Below are positions 50,410 to 61,100 of a stretch of DNA of 64,000 nucleotides, piece by piece; the first letter of the stretch is position 1; the number at the start of each line of letters is the position of its first letter. A program made the position numbers and the translations under genes. Under the pieces are notes generated by a model. That model saw only the letters and a list, made by a program, of their open reading frames with translations. It searched no databases and was not told the DNA's origin. Location: positions 1-64,000 of the forward strand of contig JBBSQY010000014.1 in assembly GCA_038243585.1 (NCBI GenBank), in the 5' to 3' direction. Source of the DNA: Candidatus Sumerlaeales bacterium. GTDB taxonomy: Bacteria; Sumerlaeota; Sumerlaeia; Sumerlaeales; Sumerlaeaceae.

Positions 50410-51689
50410 TCCTCCAGCGCCCCCAACGCTCCGTCCTGTTCCCCGCTCGTTTTTGCCTCCAGCAGTCTGACGGGTCGCCCGTTCATAGGCAGGCTTATCG
50501 TGATGACGGTTCCCGCCCCTTCCTGACTTGCTATATCCATGCTTCCCCCATGTTCCTCGACGATTCGGCTGACAATGGCCAGACCCAAACCCGTGCCACT
50601 GAACTTTGTAGTGTAGTAAGGTTCCAGCACTTTTTTTATGTTGTCATCGGAAATTCCGGATCCGTTATCCGCCACCCGAACCAGGTACCTGTCCTCCGAT
50701 ATCCGCGTCTGAATTTCCATGGCCGGCTTCCAATCCCGCAATTCCCTGGGCGTCTCCGCGGCTTCCCACAGCCTTTCCTTATGCTCCTGAAGTGCCTCCA
50801 TGGAATTCTTAACCAGGTTAAGCACAGCCTGGGTCACCTGGGCCGGGTCAACCTGCACGGGCGGAATATCCCGATCAAGCCGGAGGACGCATTCCACACC
50901 CCGTGACTCCAGTTCCGGCTGGAGGGTCTCGTATACGTGTTCGATCAGGCGATTGATGTCCGCTTTGTCCTTCATGGGCCGGGTCGGGCGCACCGCCGTC
51001 AGAAAGTCGTTAACCACTGAGTTAAGACGGCTTATCTCTTCCAGGATCACATCGCTGCTTTTCTGGATACGTTCCCGGTCTGTTTTGCGCGGCTTCGGTT
51101 CGTTGAGGGCCCGGCGCAGCAGCTGGGCGTGGATTTGCAGGCTGTTCAGGGGGTTTTTAATTTCATGGGCCAGGCTGGCCGTCAGCCGGGCCAGCGTATC
51201 TACTCGGCCCATTCGGTCCCGTTCTTCCTGGGCCTTGCGAACCTCTGTGTTGTCATGGATAAACACCACCGATGTGCCCGCCTGATGGTTCAGCTCCGCG
51301 TCCAGCGGAAGGATGCTCACGTCCAGCCAGCGGGTCTCCGGGGATTCAATTTCGATCTCCACCCGGACAATTTTCTCACGGTTCAGAGCGTAGCGCCCCA
51401 GCAAATCGCGAAACGCTGGAACATCCACCAGCCCTGCGAAATGTTCGCGATAAATCCGCGACCGTCCGCGTATACCCAGCAGCTCGACTGCGGCGTTGTT
51501 AATATACAAAACCTCAAGGTTTGGCCGAAGCACAACCAGCCCGTCGAGCATGGCATTGAACACGACCTGCAAAAATTGCTTTTCCCGAACTAATCCGGTT
51601 AAAAACGTCTCAATGCCCTGCCGATCAACCTTTGTCAGTTTCGACAAAAATCGATCATCAAACCCGCCACTTTTTTGCAGTCCAGCCAT
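50406..51689 (-). CDS. PAS-domain sensor histidine kinase (NtrB/AtoS-like, no TM)
   Basis: LAHEIKNPL H-box, NLVKNS N-box, DNGSG and GTGLGL G-boxes. Confidence 0.9.
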   Translation of the reverse strand: MAGLQKSGGFDDRFLSKLTKVDRQGIETFLTGLVREKQFLQVVFNAMLDGLVVLRPNLEVLYINNAAVELLGIRGRSRIYREHFAGLVDVPAFRDLLGRYALNREKIVRVEIEIESPETRWLDVSILPLDAELNHQAGTSVVFIHDNTEVRKAQEERDRMGRVDTLARLTASLAHEIKNPLNSLQIHAQLLRRALNEPKPRKTDRERIQKSSDVILEEISRLNSVVNDFLTAVRPTRPMKDKADINRLIEHVYETLQPELESRGVECVLRLDRDIPPVQVDPAQVTQAVLNLVKNSMEALQEHKERLWEAAETPRELRDWKPAMEIQTRISEDRYLVRVADNGSGISDDNIKKVLEPYYTTKFSGTGLGLAIVSRIVEEHGGSMDIASQEGAGTVITISLPMNGRPVRLLEAKTSGEQDGALGALED

Positions 51690-51826
51690 GAGGAACAGGT
51701 ACACCGCAGGGGGCACTAATTCAACGGAGAAAACGTTGTCTGCGTGCGCTTCGGAGCAGGTACAGAATGAATGCTCCCATGCGTTCGAAAGGAGGCAACG
51801 TTGCCAGGGCAGTGACTTTAACGTCC

Positions 51827-53371
51827 TTACCTGGGAGGATTATAAACGCGTATGGTCGGACAGAGAAACTCCGTGTGGTCAGGAACTTTTCCGAGAAATG
51901 GCTTCATCTCAAAAGTCTTTTCTAACTGCCAGTGGGCCAGGATGTCCTTATTGAATCTTTCTGCCGGACCAAACTTGTCGCTTTGCCACATACTACTGGT
52001 GAGAGCGTATTTTACGGAAGAAGGTGTTCGTGGTGGATTCGCTTCCAAAACGGGCCTGTCCGTGTCATAAATAACTTCGGGGCGCAAAAGGGGAACAGGA
52101 AAATAAGTATCGACAGTCGCAGGCATGGCTATTGTCTCGGGGCCGTTGACGCGTTGCTTCAGCCACTGGGCCGCTTCGTATCGAGTTTCGTTGTAGAAGT
52201 TAAACGCTATGGCAGCAGTGGATCGGAACTGCAGCAGAATTCCCACCACGAAAAGCGCAATAACCGCATTTCGAATACCCGATGACCCGATTGCTTTTCT
52301 GCTCGTAACAAGAGCGGCAAAGCCGATTCCCCCCATCAACAACAAAACACCATAAAGCGGGAGTACGAAACGCAGGGGATAAAAGTGGTTGTTAAACATG
52401 AAAAGATAAAATACCACAGCGCTCACCAGCAACGTAACGTGTAGCGGCATTTGCCATTTACTGATGGCCCGATATAAACCACACAGACAAAACCCGAGTA
52501 CGATTGGGCTGAGTACCGACAGGATCTGTAGAGGAATGCCAATGGCCGCGATGATCTGGTCAGTACCGCTCCACGCCGGCACCCGGTCTGCGAGAAACTT
52601 AACATCGGACAGCAGCCTGCCTGGTTCAATTAGGGCATAAGGGGTAGAAAAGATAAATCCGGCAAAAAGAGCACCCGCCCAGACGGCAGATTTTTTAACA
52701 AATCCATTATAGTCTCGTGTCTTGATGCAGGGCAGGACCAAGGCGATCCAGAGACCAGGCACGAAGAGAGCGCCGAGAAACTTGACTCCGACCGCCAGTC
52801 CCGCGCACACGCCGGCTATGACAATCCATTTTAGCGACCCTCGTGATACAGCACGAAGCGTGGTCAGGATGGAAAGCAGAATCCAAAACAGGTTGGGAAC
52901 GTCGGTTGTGTTGTAACGTCCCAGGTTATTCAACAGGGGAAAACTGGACGCTAACAGCAGAAAGCAGAGAGAAAGTTTCTTATCATACCCCCCGGCGCGC
53001 CCGATCAGATAAGACAAAAGGGAACAGCCTACGGTTATAATACCGGCAATCACTCGCCCGATTAAATCAAAAAGCCGAACATCATAAGCAGGAAACAACC
53101 CGAGCTTAAAATGCCCCAGATCGGCGATAGGAATTGTCAGCAGTTTCAGGAGATATTGATGGGTTGTGGGATAATAATAATTGAATGGTCGCCATTGGCT
53201 CCACCCTACCATATCCATTATCCGGCTTCCCAGTTCATCCGGATGCGTGCCGTACCTGGTAAATCCTACCGTCAACAAGTAGGCTTGAAGGGCAAGCAGA
53301 CCTGCAATTAAGAGGTTAATATTTAAAAGTTTCTTGTACACAGATCGACCTTCGCAGAGGGCGAAACACAC
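51827..53371 (-). CDS. ArnT/PMT-like (GT-C) glycosyltransferase
   Basis: HPDE after the first TM, AGLAVGVKF, multi-TM; start uncertain. Confidence 0.75.
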   Translation of the reverse strand: MCFALCEGRSVYKKLLNINLLIAGLLALQAYLLTVGFTRYGTHPDELGSRIMDMVGWSQWRPFNYYYPTTHQYLLKLLTIPIADLGHFKLGLFPAYDVRLFDLIGRVIAGIITVGCSLLSYLIGRAGGYDKKLSLCFLLLASSFPLLNNLGRYNTTDVPNLFWILLSILTTLRAVSRGSLKWIVIAGVCAGLAVGVKFLGALFVPGLWIALVLPCIKTRDYNGFVKKSAVWAGALFAGFIFSTPYALIEPGRLLSDVKFLADRVPAWSGTDQIIAAIGIPLQILSVLSPIVLGFCLCGLYRAISKWQMPLHVTLLVSAVVFYLFMFNNHFYPLRFVLPLYGVLLLMGGIGFAALVTSRKAIGSSGIRNAVIALFVVGILLQFRSTAAIAFNFYNETRYEAAQWLKQRVNGPETIAMPATVDTYFPVPLLRPEVIYDTDRPVLEANPPRTPSSVKYALTSSMWQSDKFGPAERFNKDILAHWQLEKTFEMKPFLGKVPDHTEFLCPTIRVYNPPR

Positions 53372-53495
53372 CCGCCTGTGTCAATTGCTTAATCAGGGTT
53401 ATAAGAGTGCCGCATTTGTCGGCATGGCGCGTGAACTTAAACGGATTATACGAGCCGCTATGAACCGATTTCGTCCAGCGTAGTAACCTATAATC

Positions 53496-54257
53496 ATGTC
53501 CAGCAGGCCTGCATCTCACCAGTCTTCCCTGATTTGCGCGGCGGGGGTTGATCGCGACACCGCCCGGCGGTTTCTGCTCCGCCTGGAGCAGCAGATCGAA
53601 CGGCCGCTGCGGCTTCGCGTGAACAATAACGCCAGCACCCTGCTCAGCCTGGTGCGCCCGCGCGACGGATCGCCCGTACGCTTTAGCGTTCACCGGATGT
53701 TTCTTGATGCGCCCGACGACGTTGTGCGGGCGCTGGGGCAATACGTCGTCCGCGCCACGCCCGCCTGTCAGGCGCTGATCCGTAATTACATGAACTCGGG
53801 GGCCGCCGAGGCCGACACCGACGATTCATCCACCGCTGCCCCGGCACGGGCGCTGAACCTGAGATCACGCGGCGCGGTCTATGATCTGCACAAACTGGCC
53901 GAGGACGTAAGCCGCGAATTCTTTAACGGCGAAATGAAAGTGAACATCACCTGGAGCCGCGGCGCGACTGAGCCGCGTAACGGGCGAAGCCGCAGACATA
54001 TCATCTTTGGAAGTTACGATAGACGACACGCGCTTGTCCGCATACACCCGGCGGTGGACAGCGTTAGTGTCCCCGAGTTTTTCGTAAAGTTCGTCATTTA
54101 CCACGAGATGCTGCACCACATCCTCGACGTGCGCCCGCAGCCGGGAGGGCGACGCTGCGTGCATACGCCGCAGTTTCGAGAGCGGGAGCGCCGGCATCCG
54201 GATTACAAACAGGCGCTGGAATGGGAAGGGAAATTCATGCAGGGCCGGCACCTGTAA
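53496..54257 (+). CDS. SprT/YgjP-like zinc metalloprotease domain protein
   Basis: YHEMLH (HExxH) plus distal HTPQFR. Confidence 0.7.
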   Translation: MSSRPASHQSSLICAAGVDRDTARRFLLRLEQQIERPLRLRVNNNASTLLSLVRPRDGSPVRFSVHRMFLDAPDDVVRALGQYVVRATPACQALIRNYMNSGAAEADTDDSSTAAPARALNLRSRGAVYDLHKLAEDVSREFFNGEMKVNITWSRGATEPRNGRSRRHIIFGSYDRRHALVRIHPAVDSVSVPEFFVKFVIYHEMLHHILDVRPQPGGRRCVHTPQFRERERRHPDYKQALEWEGKFMQGRHL

Positions 54258-54263
54258 CCAAAA

Positions 54264-54289
54264 TGAAGTAGCATTGGCGTCCCGCCTGT
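54264..54289. repeat. GTAG-type REP element (copy 1)
   Basis: tgaagtagcattggcgtcccgcctgt; 24/26 match to the reverse complement of 58084..58109. Confidence 0.7.
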
Positions 54290-54376
54290 AAATTTCACCT
54301 CACCTCACCCGGACCGACTTCTTATCGCCGCCAAAGGTGCGGCATATGAATTATTTACTTATCACGATCATGGTCC

Positions 54377-55255
54377 TCATGTTGCCGTATCCGCCAGCAC
54401 CACGCGGTCGTGGCCGGCGTAATCCTTTATGCTGCGCACCAGCTTAAGTCCAGTCTCTGCGAAAATGCGTTCTACGGCTTCCCGTTGTTTATAGCCGATT
54501 TCCACGGCAATGAAACCGTCGGGGGCGAGCAGGCGCTTTGCCGCTTCTGCCAGAAACTTGTACCACTGCAGCCCGCCATCCTCCGCGAACAGCGCTTCGT
54601 GGGGTTCATAGTTGGCCACGTCCGGAGCCAGGGTCGGCAGCTCGGATAAATCTATGTAAGGCGGATTGCTGACGATGGCGTGAAAGGGGCCGGCGATGTC
54701 GGCGAAATCCGGCTGTACCAGGATTTCAACGCGGTCCGCAACGCCATTGGTCTCCGCGTTTTCCCCCGCGATTGCCGCCGCCGGTTCGCTTATTTCCGTA
54801 GCCGTTACCCGCGCCCGCAAATGTTCCGCCGCCAGCGTGACCGCAATGGCACCGCTCCCCGCTCCAAACTCAAGAACTCGAAGATCACCAGGCGTCTCAT
54901 CAAAACGCGCCTGAAGTTCTCTGCTGATCTCTTCTACCAGGATTTCTGTGTCTGGACGCGGAATAAGGACCCCCGGCCCCACCTTGAAGCTGCGTCCGGC
55001 AAACTCTCTCTGACCCAGGATATACGCCATAGGCTCCCTTGCCGCCCGCCGGCGCACCAGGTCCCGCGCCCTAGTAAGCTCGACCTCGTCCATCGGACGG
55101 TCCAGGTTCATAAAAAGGCGGAGCCGGTCATAACCCAACACTTCCGCGACAAGCAGATCCGCATCCAGCCGGGCGCTGCCTATGCCCTTGGATGAAAAAT
55201 AGGCGCTGGTCTTATCAACAATTTCGCGAGCAGTGGTAATTTTATCAGACGGCAC
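54377..55255 (-). CDS. prmC: Release factor glutamine methyltransferase
   Basis: EPMAYILG, LIPRPDTE, GAGSGAI, SNPPY. Confidence 0.95.
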   Translation of the reverse strand: MPSDKITTAREIVDKTSAYFSSKGIGSARLDADLLVAEVLGYDRLRLFMNLDRPMDEVELTRARDLVRRRAAREPMAYILGQREFAGRSFKVGPGVLIPRPDTEILVEEISRELQARFDETPGDLRVLEFGAGSGAIAVTLAAEHLRARVTATEISEPAAAIAGENAETNGVADRVEILVQPDFADIAGPFHAIVSNPPYIDLSELPTLAPDVANYEPHEALFAEDGGLQWYKFLAEAAKRLLAPDGFIAVEIGYKQREAVERIFAETGLKLVRSIKDYAGHDRVVLADTAT

Positions 55256-55438
55256 AGAACGCGACTACCCTCTCCAATTCCGGGAATTTTGATACAACGG
55301 CAGGATGAAATAAATATTTAACGCTCACGGACAATTCCACACCCGTCTCTTTTGCGTCAAATCCGTGTGTGTGTCAAATTTCCGATCCCCCCATTCTCCC
55401 CTTGCACTAAGCCTGCCGCCTGCGCATGACCTTCAACC

Positions 55439-56596
55439 ATGAGCCGTTACCGAATCCTGCGCCTCATTACGTGGCTGCCCCAAGGGGGCATCGAACGTAA
55501 GATTGTCGCTGTGCTGCCAAAACTGAACCGTGACCTTTTCGACGTGCATCTCTGCTGCATACGGGAACGCGGCGCCCTGGCCGACGACCTCGAGCGCGCC
55601 GGCGTGCCTGTGCATCTGGTGCCGTTTAAAAGTCGCCTGGACCCCGTCGCGCTCCTGCGCCTCCGCCACCTAACTCGCCGCCTGGACATCAGCCTTGTCC
55701 ACAGCCATATGTATCGGGCAAACACGCCGGCTACCGCCCTCAAACTTATCAATCCCCGCCTGGCTGTGGTGGGTCATTATCACAACGTAGACACCTGGGA
55801 ATCCCGGCGCCAGCTGAAGATGGACCGCTATATGGCCGGCAGCCGCAACATGAATGTGGCGGTTAGCGAAGCCGTTCGCCGGAACGTTGTGGATACGCTG
55901 GGCATACCGGAAGAGCTGACGACGACCCTTTACAATTGCGTGGACCTGAACGAATTCAAGCGGCTCTCTCCCGATGACCGGGCCGCCGTTCGCGCGGAAA
56001 TCGGCCTTACTCCATCGAACAAAATTGTCATAATGGTCGCCCGCATGGTTTTACAAAAAAATCATTCACTGGCGCTCGACATAGCACCCGATATTCTCCG
56101 TTCGTGTCCCGATGCGCGATTTGTATTTGTCGGCGGCGGCCCCGACGAAGAGGCGCTGAAGAAGCGCGCAGAAGACGCCGGTATTGCGGCGAAATGCCTG
56201 TTCCTTGGTCGTCGCGACGACGTGCCGCGCCTGCTTGGAGCGTCCGACGTCGCAATTCTCCCGTCCTATAAAGAAGGCTTTTCTAATGCCGTGCTTGAAG
56301 CTATGGCATGTAGTTTGCCTGTTATTGCAAGCGATGTCGGCGGCAACGGCGAAATCATTGAATCTGGCACGAACGGTTACCTGCTGGAAACTACACCCGA
56401 TCCGGGAAGTCGATTTGGCGTCGCGATTCAGACGTTGCAGTTCCCCCGGCTGCTTAAGCGGCTTTTAACGGACGAGCCGCACCGACTCCGTCTGGCCCAG
56501 GCTGCGTGGCAACGGTCGCGGCACTATGGCATTGACGCAATGGTACGAGAAATCGAGCAGCTCTATTTGGAAATTTTGGAAGGAAACACCCCGTGA
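55439..56596 (+). CDS. GT4 family glycosyltransferase
   Basis: GGIER, PSYKEGFSNAVLEAM (Ex7E), SDVGG; GTGA overlap with glgC. Confidence 0.88.
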   Translation: MSRYRILRLITWLPQGGIERKIVAVLPKLNRDLFDVHLCCIRERGALADDLERAGVPVHLVPFKSRLDPVALLRLRHLTRRLDISLVHSHMYRANTPATALKLINPRLAVVGHYHNVDTWESRRQLKMDRYMAGSRNMNVAVSEAVRRNVVDTLGIPEELTTTLYNCVDLNEFKRLSPDDRAAVRAEIGLTPSNKIVIMVARMVLQKNHSLALDIAPDILRSCPDARFVFVGGGPDEEALKKRAEDAGIAAKCLFLGRRDDVPRLLGASDVAILPSYKEGFSNAVLEAMACSLPVIASDVGGNGEIIESGTNGYLLETTPDPGSRFGVAIQTLQFPRLLKRLLTDEPHRLRLAQAAWQRSRHYGIDAMVREIEQLYLEILEGNTP

Positions 56597-57882
56597 GCAA
56601 AGACGTATGGAGCGAAATGATAGCGGTAGTTCTCGGCGGCGGACGCGGCACGCGTCTCTCTCCGCTGACGACATACCGTAGCAAACCAGCGGTTCCCCTG
56701 GCGGGCAAGTATCGGCTCGTAGATGTGCCCATCAGCAACTGCATTAACTCCGGCATCCGGCGCATCTTCGTCCTGACCCAGTTCAATAGCGCTTCGCTCA
56801 ATCGCCACGTCGCCAACACTTATAAGTTCGACGATTTTTCCGGCGGGCGAGTCGAAGTGCTGGCCGCCGAACAGACCCCGGAAACCGAAGCATGGTTTCA
56901 GGGCACCGCAGATGCGGTCCGCCGCAGCATAAAACACGTAACAGATCAACCGTCATCCCACGTCCTCATCCTCAGCGGAGACGCCCTCTACCGACAGGAT
57001 TATAAGCAGGTGCTAGATCAGCACCTGGCAGAAGGGGCCGAGATCACGGTATGTTGTAAGATGGTGGACGAGCAGCAGGCCAGCGACTTTGGCATCGTCG
57101 GCATTGATGATAACCGTAATGTGACTGGCTTCACGGAGAAGCCAAAAGGCGACGCTATTCCCCCGCTGAAAGTCGACGCCGACATCATCCATCGTGCCGG
57201 CCTGTCTGGCGACAGCACCAATCGCCCATATCTCGCCAGCATGGGAATTTACTTGTTTAACACGGCCACCCTCCTCGAACTTTTGCGGGAGAACACCGAC
57301 GAAGACTTCGGGCGGCAGATTATCCCGTCCGCCATTGGCCGCTTTAAAACCGTCGCAAACCTGTTCGACGGATATTGGGAAGATATTGGAACCATCCGCG
57401 CGTTTTTCCAGGCGAACCTTGACCTGCTTGCCGACAATCCAGAGTTCAGTTTTTTCCATCAGACCTGCCCAATCTTTACCAACACCCGCATTCTCCCCAG
57501 CTCGGAAGTGATGGATTCCCAGATCGTCCGCGCCATGATCGCCGAAGGCAGCATGATCCGCAAGGCCCGCATATCCAACAGCATTCTCGGCATACGCTCA
57601 ATGGTCCGCGAGGACGTCGACATGGAAAATGTCGTCATGATGGGAAACGATTACTATGAGGAGTTCGCCGGCGTAGGCACCCTCGATCGCCCCGGCCTCG
57701 GCGTAGGGCGGGGAGTCGTCATCAAAAACGCGATCGTGGATAAAAACGCCCGCATCGGCGAAGGTTCCCGCATCCTTAACGAAGGCGGGATCCAGGATGC
57801 CGACGAAGAGCACTACAGCATTAAAGACGGCATTGTCATCATCCGGAAAAACGCCATGATCCCGCCAGGCACGGTTATCTGA
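56593..57882 (+). CDS. glgC: Glucose-1-phosphate adenylyltransferase
   Basis: LGGGRGTRL..RSKPAVP, WFQGTADAV, ASMGIY, YWEDIGT. Confidence 0.95.
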   Translation: MSKDVWSEMIAVVLGGGRGTRLSPLTTYRSKPAVPLAGKYRLVDVPISNCINSGIRRIFVLTQFNSASLNRHVANTYKFDDFSGGRVEVLAAEQTPETEAWFQGTADAVRRSIKHVTDQPSSHVLILSGDALYRQDYKQVLDQHLAEGAEITVCCKMVDEQQASDFGIVGIDDNRNVTGFTEKPKGDAIPPLKVDADIIHRAGLSGDSTNRPYLASMGIYLFNTATLLELLRENTDEDFGRQIIPSAIGRFKTVANLFDGYWEDIGTIRAFFQANLDLLADNPEFSFFHQTCPIFTNTRILPSSEVMDSQIVRAMIAEGSMIRKARISNSILGIRSMVREDVDMENVVMMGNDYYEEFAGVGTLDRPGLGVGRGVVIKNAIVDKNARIGEGSRILNEGGIQDADEEHYSIKDGIVIIRKNAMIPPGTVI

Positions 57883-58083
57883 ATACGCTAAATTGTTTTG
57901 CAGAAACAGTAAACGCAAAACAGCGGAGCTTATCGGTGACGTCACCGATGCATTAGTTCTTAAGCTATCAGATCCTGTGACGGGACTCTATGAGGTGGGT
58001 TGTACGCAGGCAACGCACTTAAGATGGTTGTGCAGGACTTCAAATGAAGTGCTCCAGCAGTCATGCCCAAATAAGATCCCTAC

Positions 58084-58109
58084 ACAGGCGAGACGCCTAT
58101 GCTACTTCA
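58084..58109. repeat. GTAG-type REP element (copy 2)
   Basis: acaggcgagacgcctatgctacttca. Confidence 0.7.
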
Positions 58110-58142
58110 ACGCAGCCATTAACCGGTGTAGCTTTGCCAGCC

Positions 58143-61100
58143 TTAAGGCATTATTGGCGCGGCGGGCTGGGTTTCGGTTGTTGAGGGTTTGGTGGTGTTT
58201 AGAGTGGCGGTTGTTTCAAGCGAATTGCTGGTGATCACTGCGACTACGGGATCTTTGGCGGCTTCGCTGCTCGTAGTCTTCACTGTCTGATTGGTCTGAG
58301 TTGTTTGGGGTTCCGTGGCCGCAGGGGTTGGAGTAATCGGTGCCGGTGTTGAGGTTGTGGTGCTGGCGGTTGGGGCTGTTACTGCAGGCGGGCCTGTCGT
58401 GCCTGCAGCCGCCGCTGCGGGTGTCGTTGTAGCCTCGTCTCCCAGGCTGATGCCCAGGCTGGTCAGCTTATCTGCGTAGGTTTTGGCTCGCGGCCCATCG
58501 TTAGTCGTTTTGTAGGCCTGGTAGATTTCCCGAAGCAGCGATGGGTCCTGGGGCGAGAGGACTTCCACTCTGCGAAGTTCATTAACGTATTTTTTGGGTT
58601 GGTCGGCCTTTTTGTAAGCCTCTGCCAGTTCGATGCGCAACGCAGGATCGGTGGGGTTGGCGTGGACAGCTTTTTCCAGATAGGCCAGCTTCTCCTCCGT
58701 TTTCTTCGAGCGGTCATAGGATTCCAGAAGCGCGTTCAGCATCAGCTTGCTTTCCGGATTGTCCTCGACCATCTGCGTGAGCACCGCGATAATTTCTTCG
58801 ATTTTGTTCGTTTCTTCCGCCAGGGCCAGCAGGCTCTTTTGCGCTTTTCCGTAGTACTCTTTCTGGTCGAGTTGAAGGTCTTCCAGACGTGGCTTATAGG
58901 TGATTATGGAGCGGAAGTAGCGCTTGGCTTCTTCCTTGACCTGATCGCCCTTTTCCTTTTTCCCCTGCTCATCGTAGATCGTGGCCAGTTCGCGTCCGAT
59001 GGATCCCGTCAGATACTGGGTGTTCGGCTTCAGGCTTTGATGGGCGGCATCCTTCATGTGTTCGTAGGCGGTTTTCATATATTTCAGGCGCAGTTCCCCT
59101 TCGGTTTCCTGCAGAGATTTGAGGGTTTCCGCCTTTTCGTCATGTTCCTTTTTCAGACGAGCCTTTTCCCCGCCTGTCGCGGCAGTCATCTGCGTTTTTA
59201 GCTCGGCAATATCTTTCTGCAGTTGGACTTTCAGCTGTGGCAGGCTACCCGCTTTTTGCGCATACATGATTCCAAGGTTCAGATGAACTTCAGAGTAGTT
59301 CGGGTTTATCGCGTTGAGTTTTTCGTAAGTTTTAATGGCTTCTTCGCTGTATTGCGGATCATCTGTCAGGTTGCCGATCTGGTTATATACGTGACCCAGC
59401 TTGTAATAACTGGTGGCGAAGGTGGGGTTGTGTTTGATCGCGCTGTCAAAGTGGACCAGTGAGTTCGCCAGCAAAGTTATTTGCTGCTCTGCCGTAATTC
59501 CGGTGCTACTGGCGGATTCCATATCGCGCAGGCCTTCGGCGTTTTGCGTGGCACCTTTCCAGTAATCGTAAAACTGGGCGCCGGGCGCGATGCACCGCAG
59601 TGCGAAAAGAAATGCAAGCGACAGCGACGCCCAACGGGCAAACCTGTAGATCGGAATACCAAAGAACTGCCTGCTTGCGGAATTATCTGAAGCAGGCGCG
59701 CGATCGAGCGACGCCAGACCCATGCTGAGTCCAAACATGGACCAATAGATCATTCCCGCTACGGCCCAGCGATTATTCGGGCTTGAAAAATTCTGCACCC
59801 CAATGCCAACCAGACCGGTCAGGATCGCGATCTGGTACAGCACATGAGTTCGGCTTTCGCTGATTCTCAACTGCCGCACGCCGTCCGCCATCACCCGCAC
59901 AAGAAACCCGGTAAACAGGACAAGACCCACGAGGCCGGTTTCAAGAAGCACATCCAGATAAAAGTTATGGCTGAAGGTCGTTACATTATTGATCTGCTGA
60001 TCAAAGAAGTCAGGTCGGCGAAACCACGGAAAATAATGCCGGTAACCGCCTGGCCCGGTGCCGAAAATTATTGAGATCAGGTCTACGCTCTGACCGTGAA
60101 GGTTGTCGCCGTAGATCCAGGGCCAGAAGCCCCCGCCCCACAGGACGCGCCGCCCTTCAAAAGCAGCGGATTTAAAATCGAAGGTGGCGCTCAGCTTTGG
60201 AAGCATCATGATAGCTACGAAAATCAGGAGGGCCGCAGTGCAGCCGACCAGGGTAAAAACAAAGCGCCTCGACATTCCCCAGTCTCTTACAAACCACCAT
60301 CCCAGCAGAAAGTAAACGGGGTAGGCAACCAGGTACATGGCTATGAAGGAGTCATTGCTGTTGGTAAGAAACAGACAGACGGTCATGAGAAGCAGTGCGG
60401 CAAGCGCGAGAATCTTGTAGCCGGTCCGTTGCTCGACAAAAAACATGGAGAGGGAGACGGGTATCAGCATCACCAGAAAGGCGGCATAGAAATCGGAATT
60501 CAGAATGAAGGAGTACATATCACCAGAGGAACTGGTCAGGGTGTAGACGCCGATCATCCAGGGACGCCGGGCCTCTGTCTGCCAATAGGGATCCTGCAGC
60601 ATGGCGGTGTAAAAGCCCTGGGTGTAGCGGCCGGCAAAGAGGAACAGTCCGAGGACGGTGGAGATAAGGCCAAGGCTCACAAAAAAGATCATTGTCTTGC
60701 GGGCTTTGTCTTCCGTGTTCATATACCAGGCAAAAACGACTGCAAAAGTAGCCACGCCCAGGTTGAACCAGATGACCCCTTCGCCTACAAGCTTATAAGG
60801 GTTTACCAGCCACGAGATGCACATCCACAGGAAATACAGGCCGAGCAAAATAAGCGCTCCATGGCGTTTCCATGTGATTTCGGAAAAGTCCATTCTCCAC
60901 AGAGCCGCGATCAAGAGCACCGGCGGAACGAGCATCAGAAGTACATTTTTGATCTCGTCAAGTTGATGGGTGTAGGGGGTAAAGAGAAACGAAATGAGTA
61001 TGATAGTCAAAAAGGTGCCAAGCAGAAGCAGCCAGCCGTAGGAAGAGTAGTCCGACTTGGTGGCCCCGGATTTTCCGGAGAGAATCGCCGCCGCGGATGA

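Noticed and set aside
3448..61100. Long antisense/overlapping ORFs (e.g. 3448..4398, 21501..22259, 26626..27366, 60096..61100)
   Set aside because: They are shadow frames of well-supported genes and contain no recognisable motifs.
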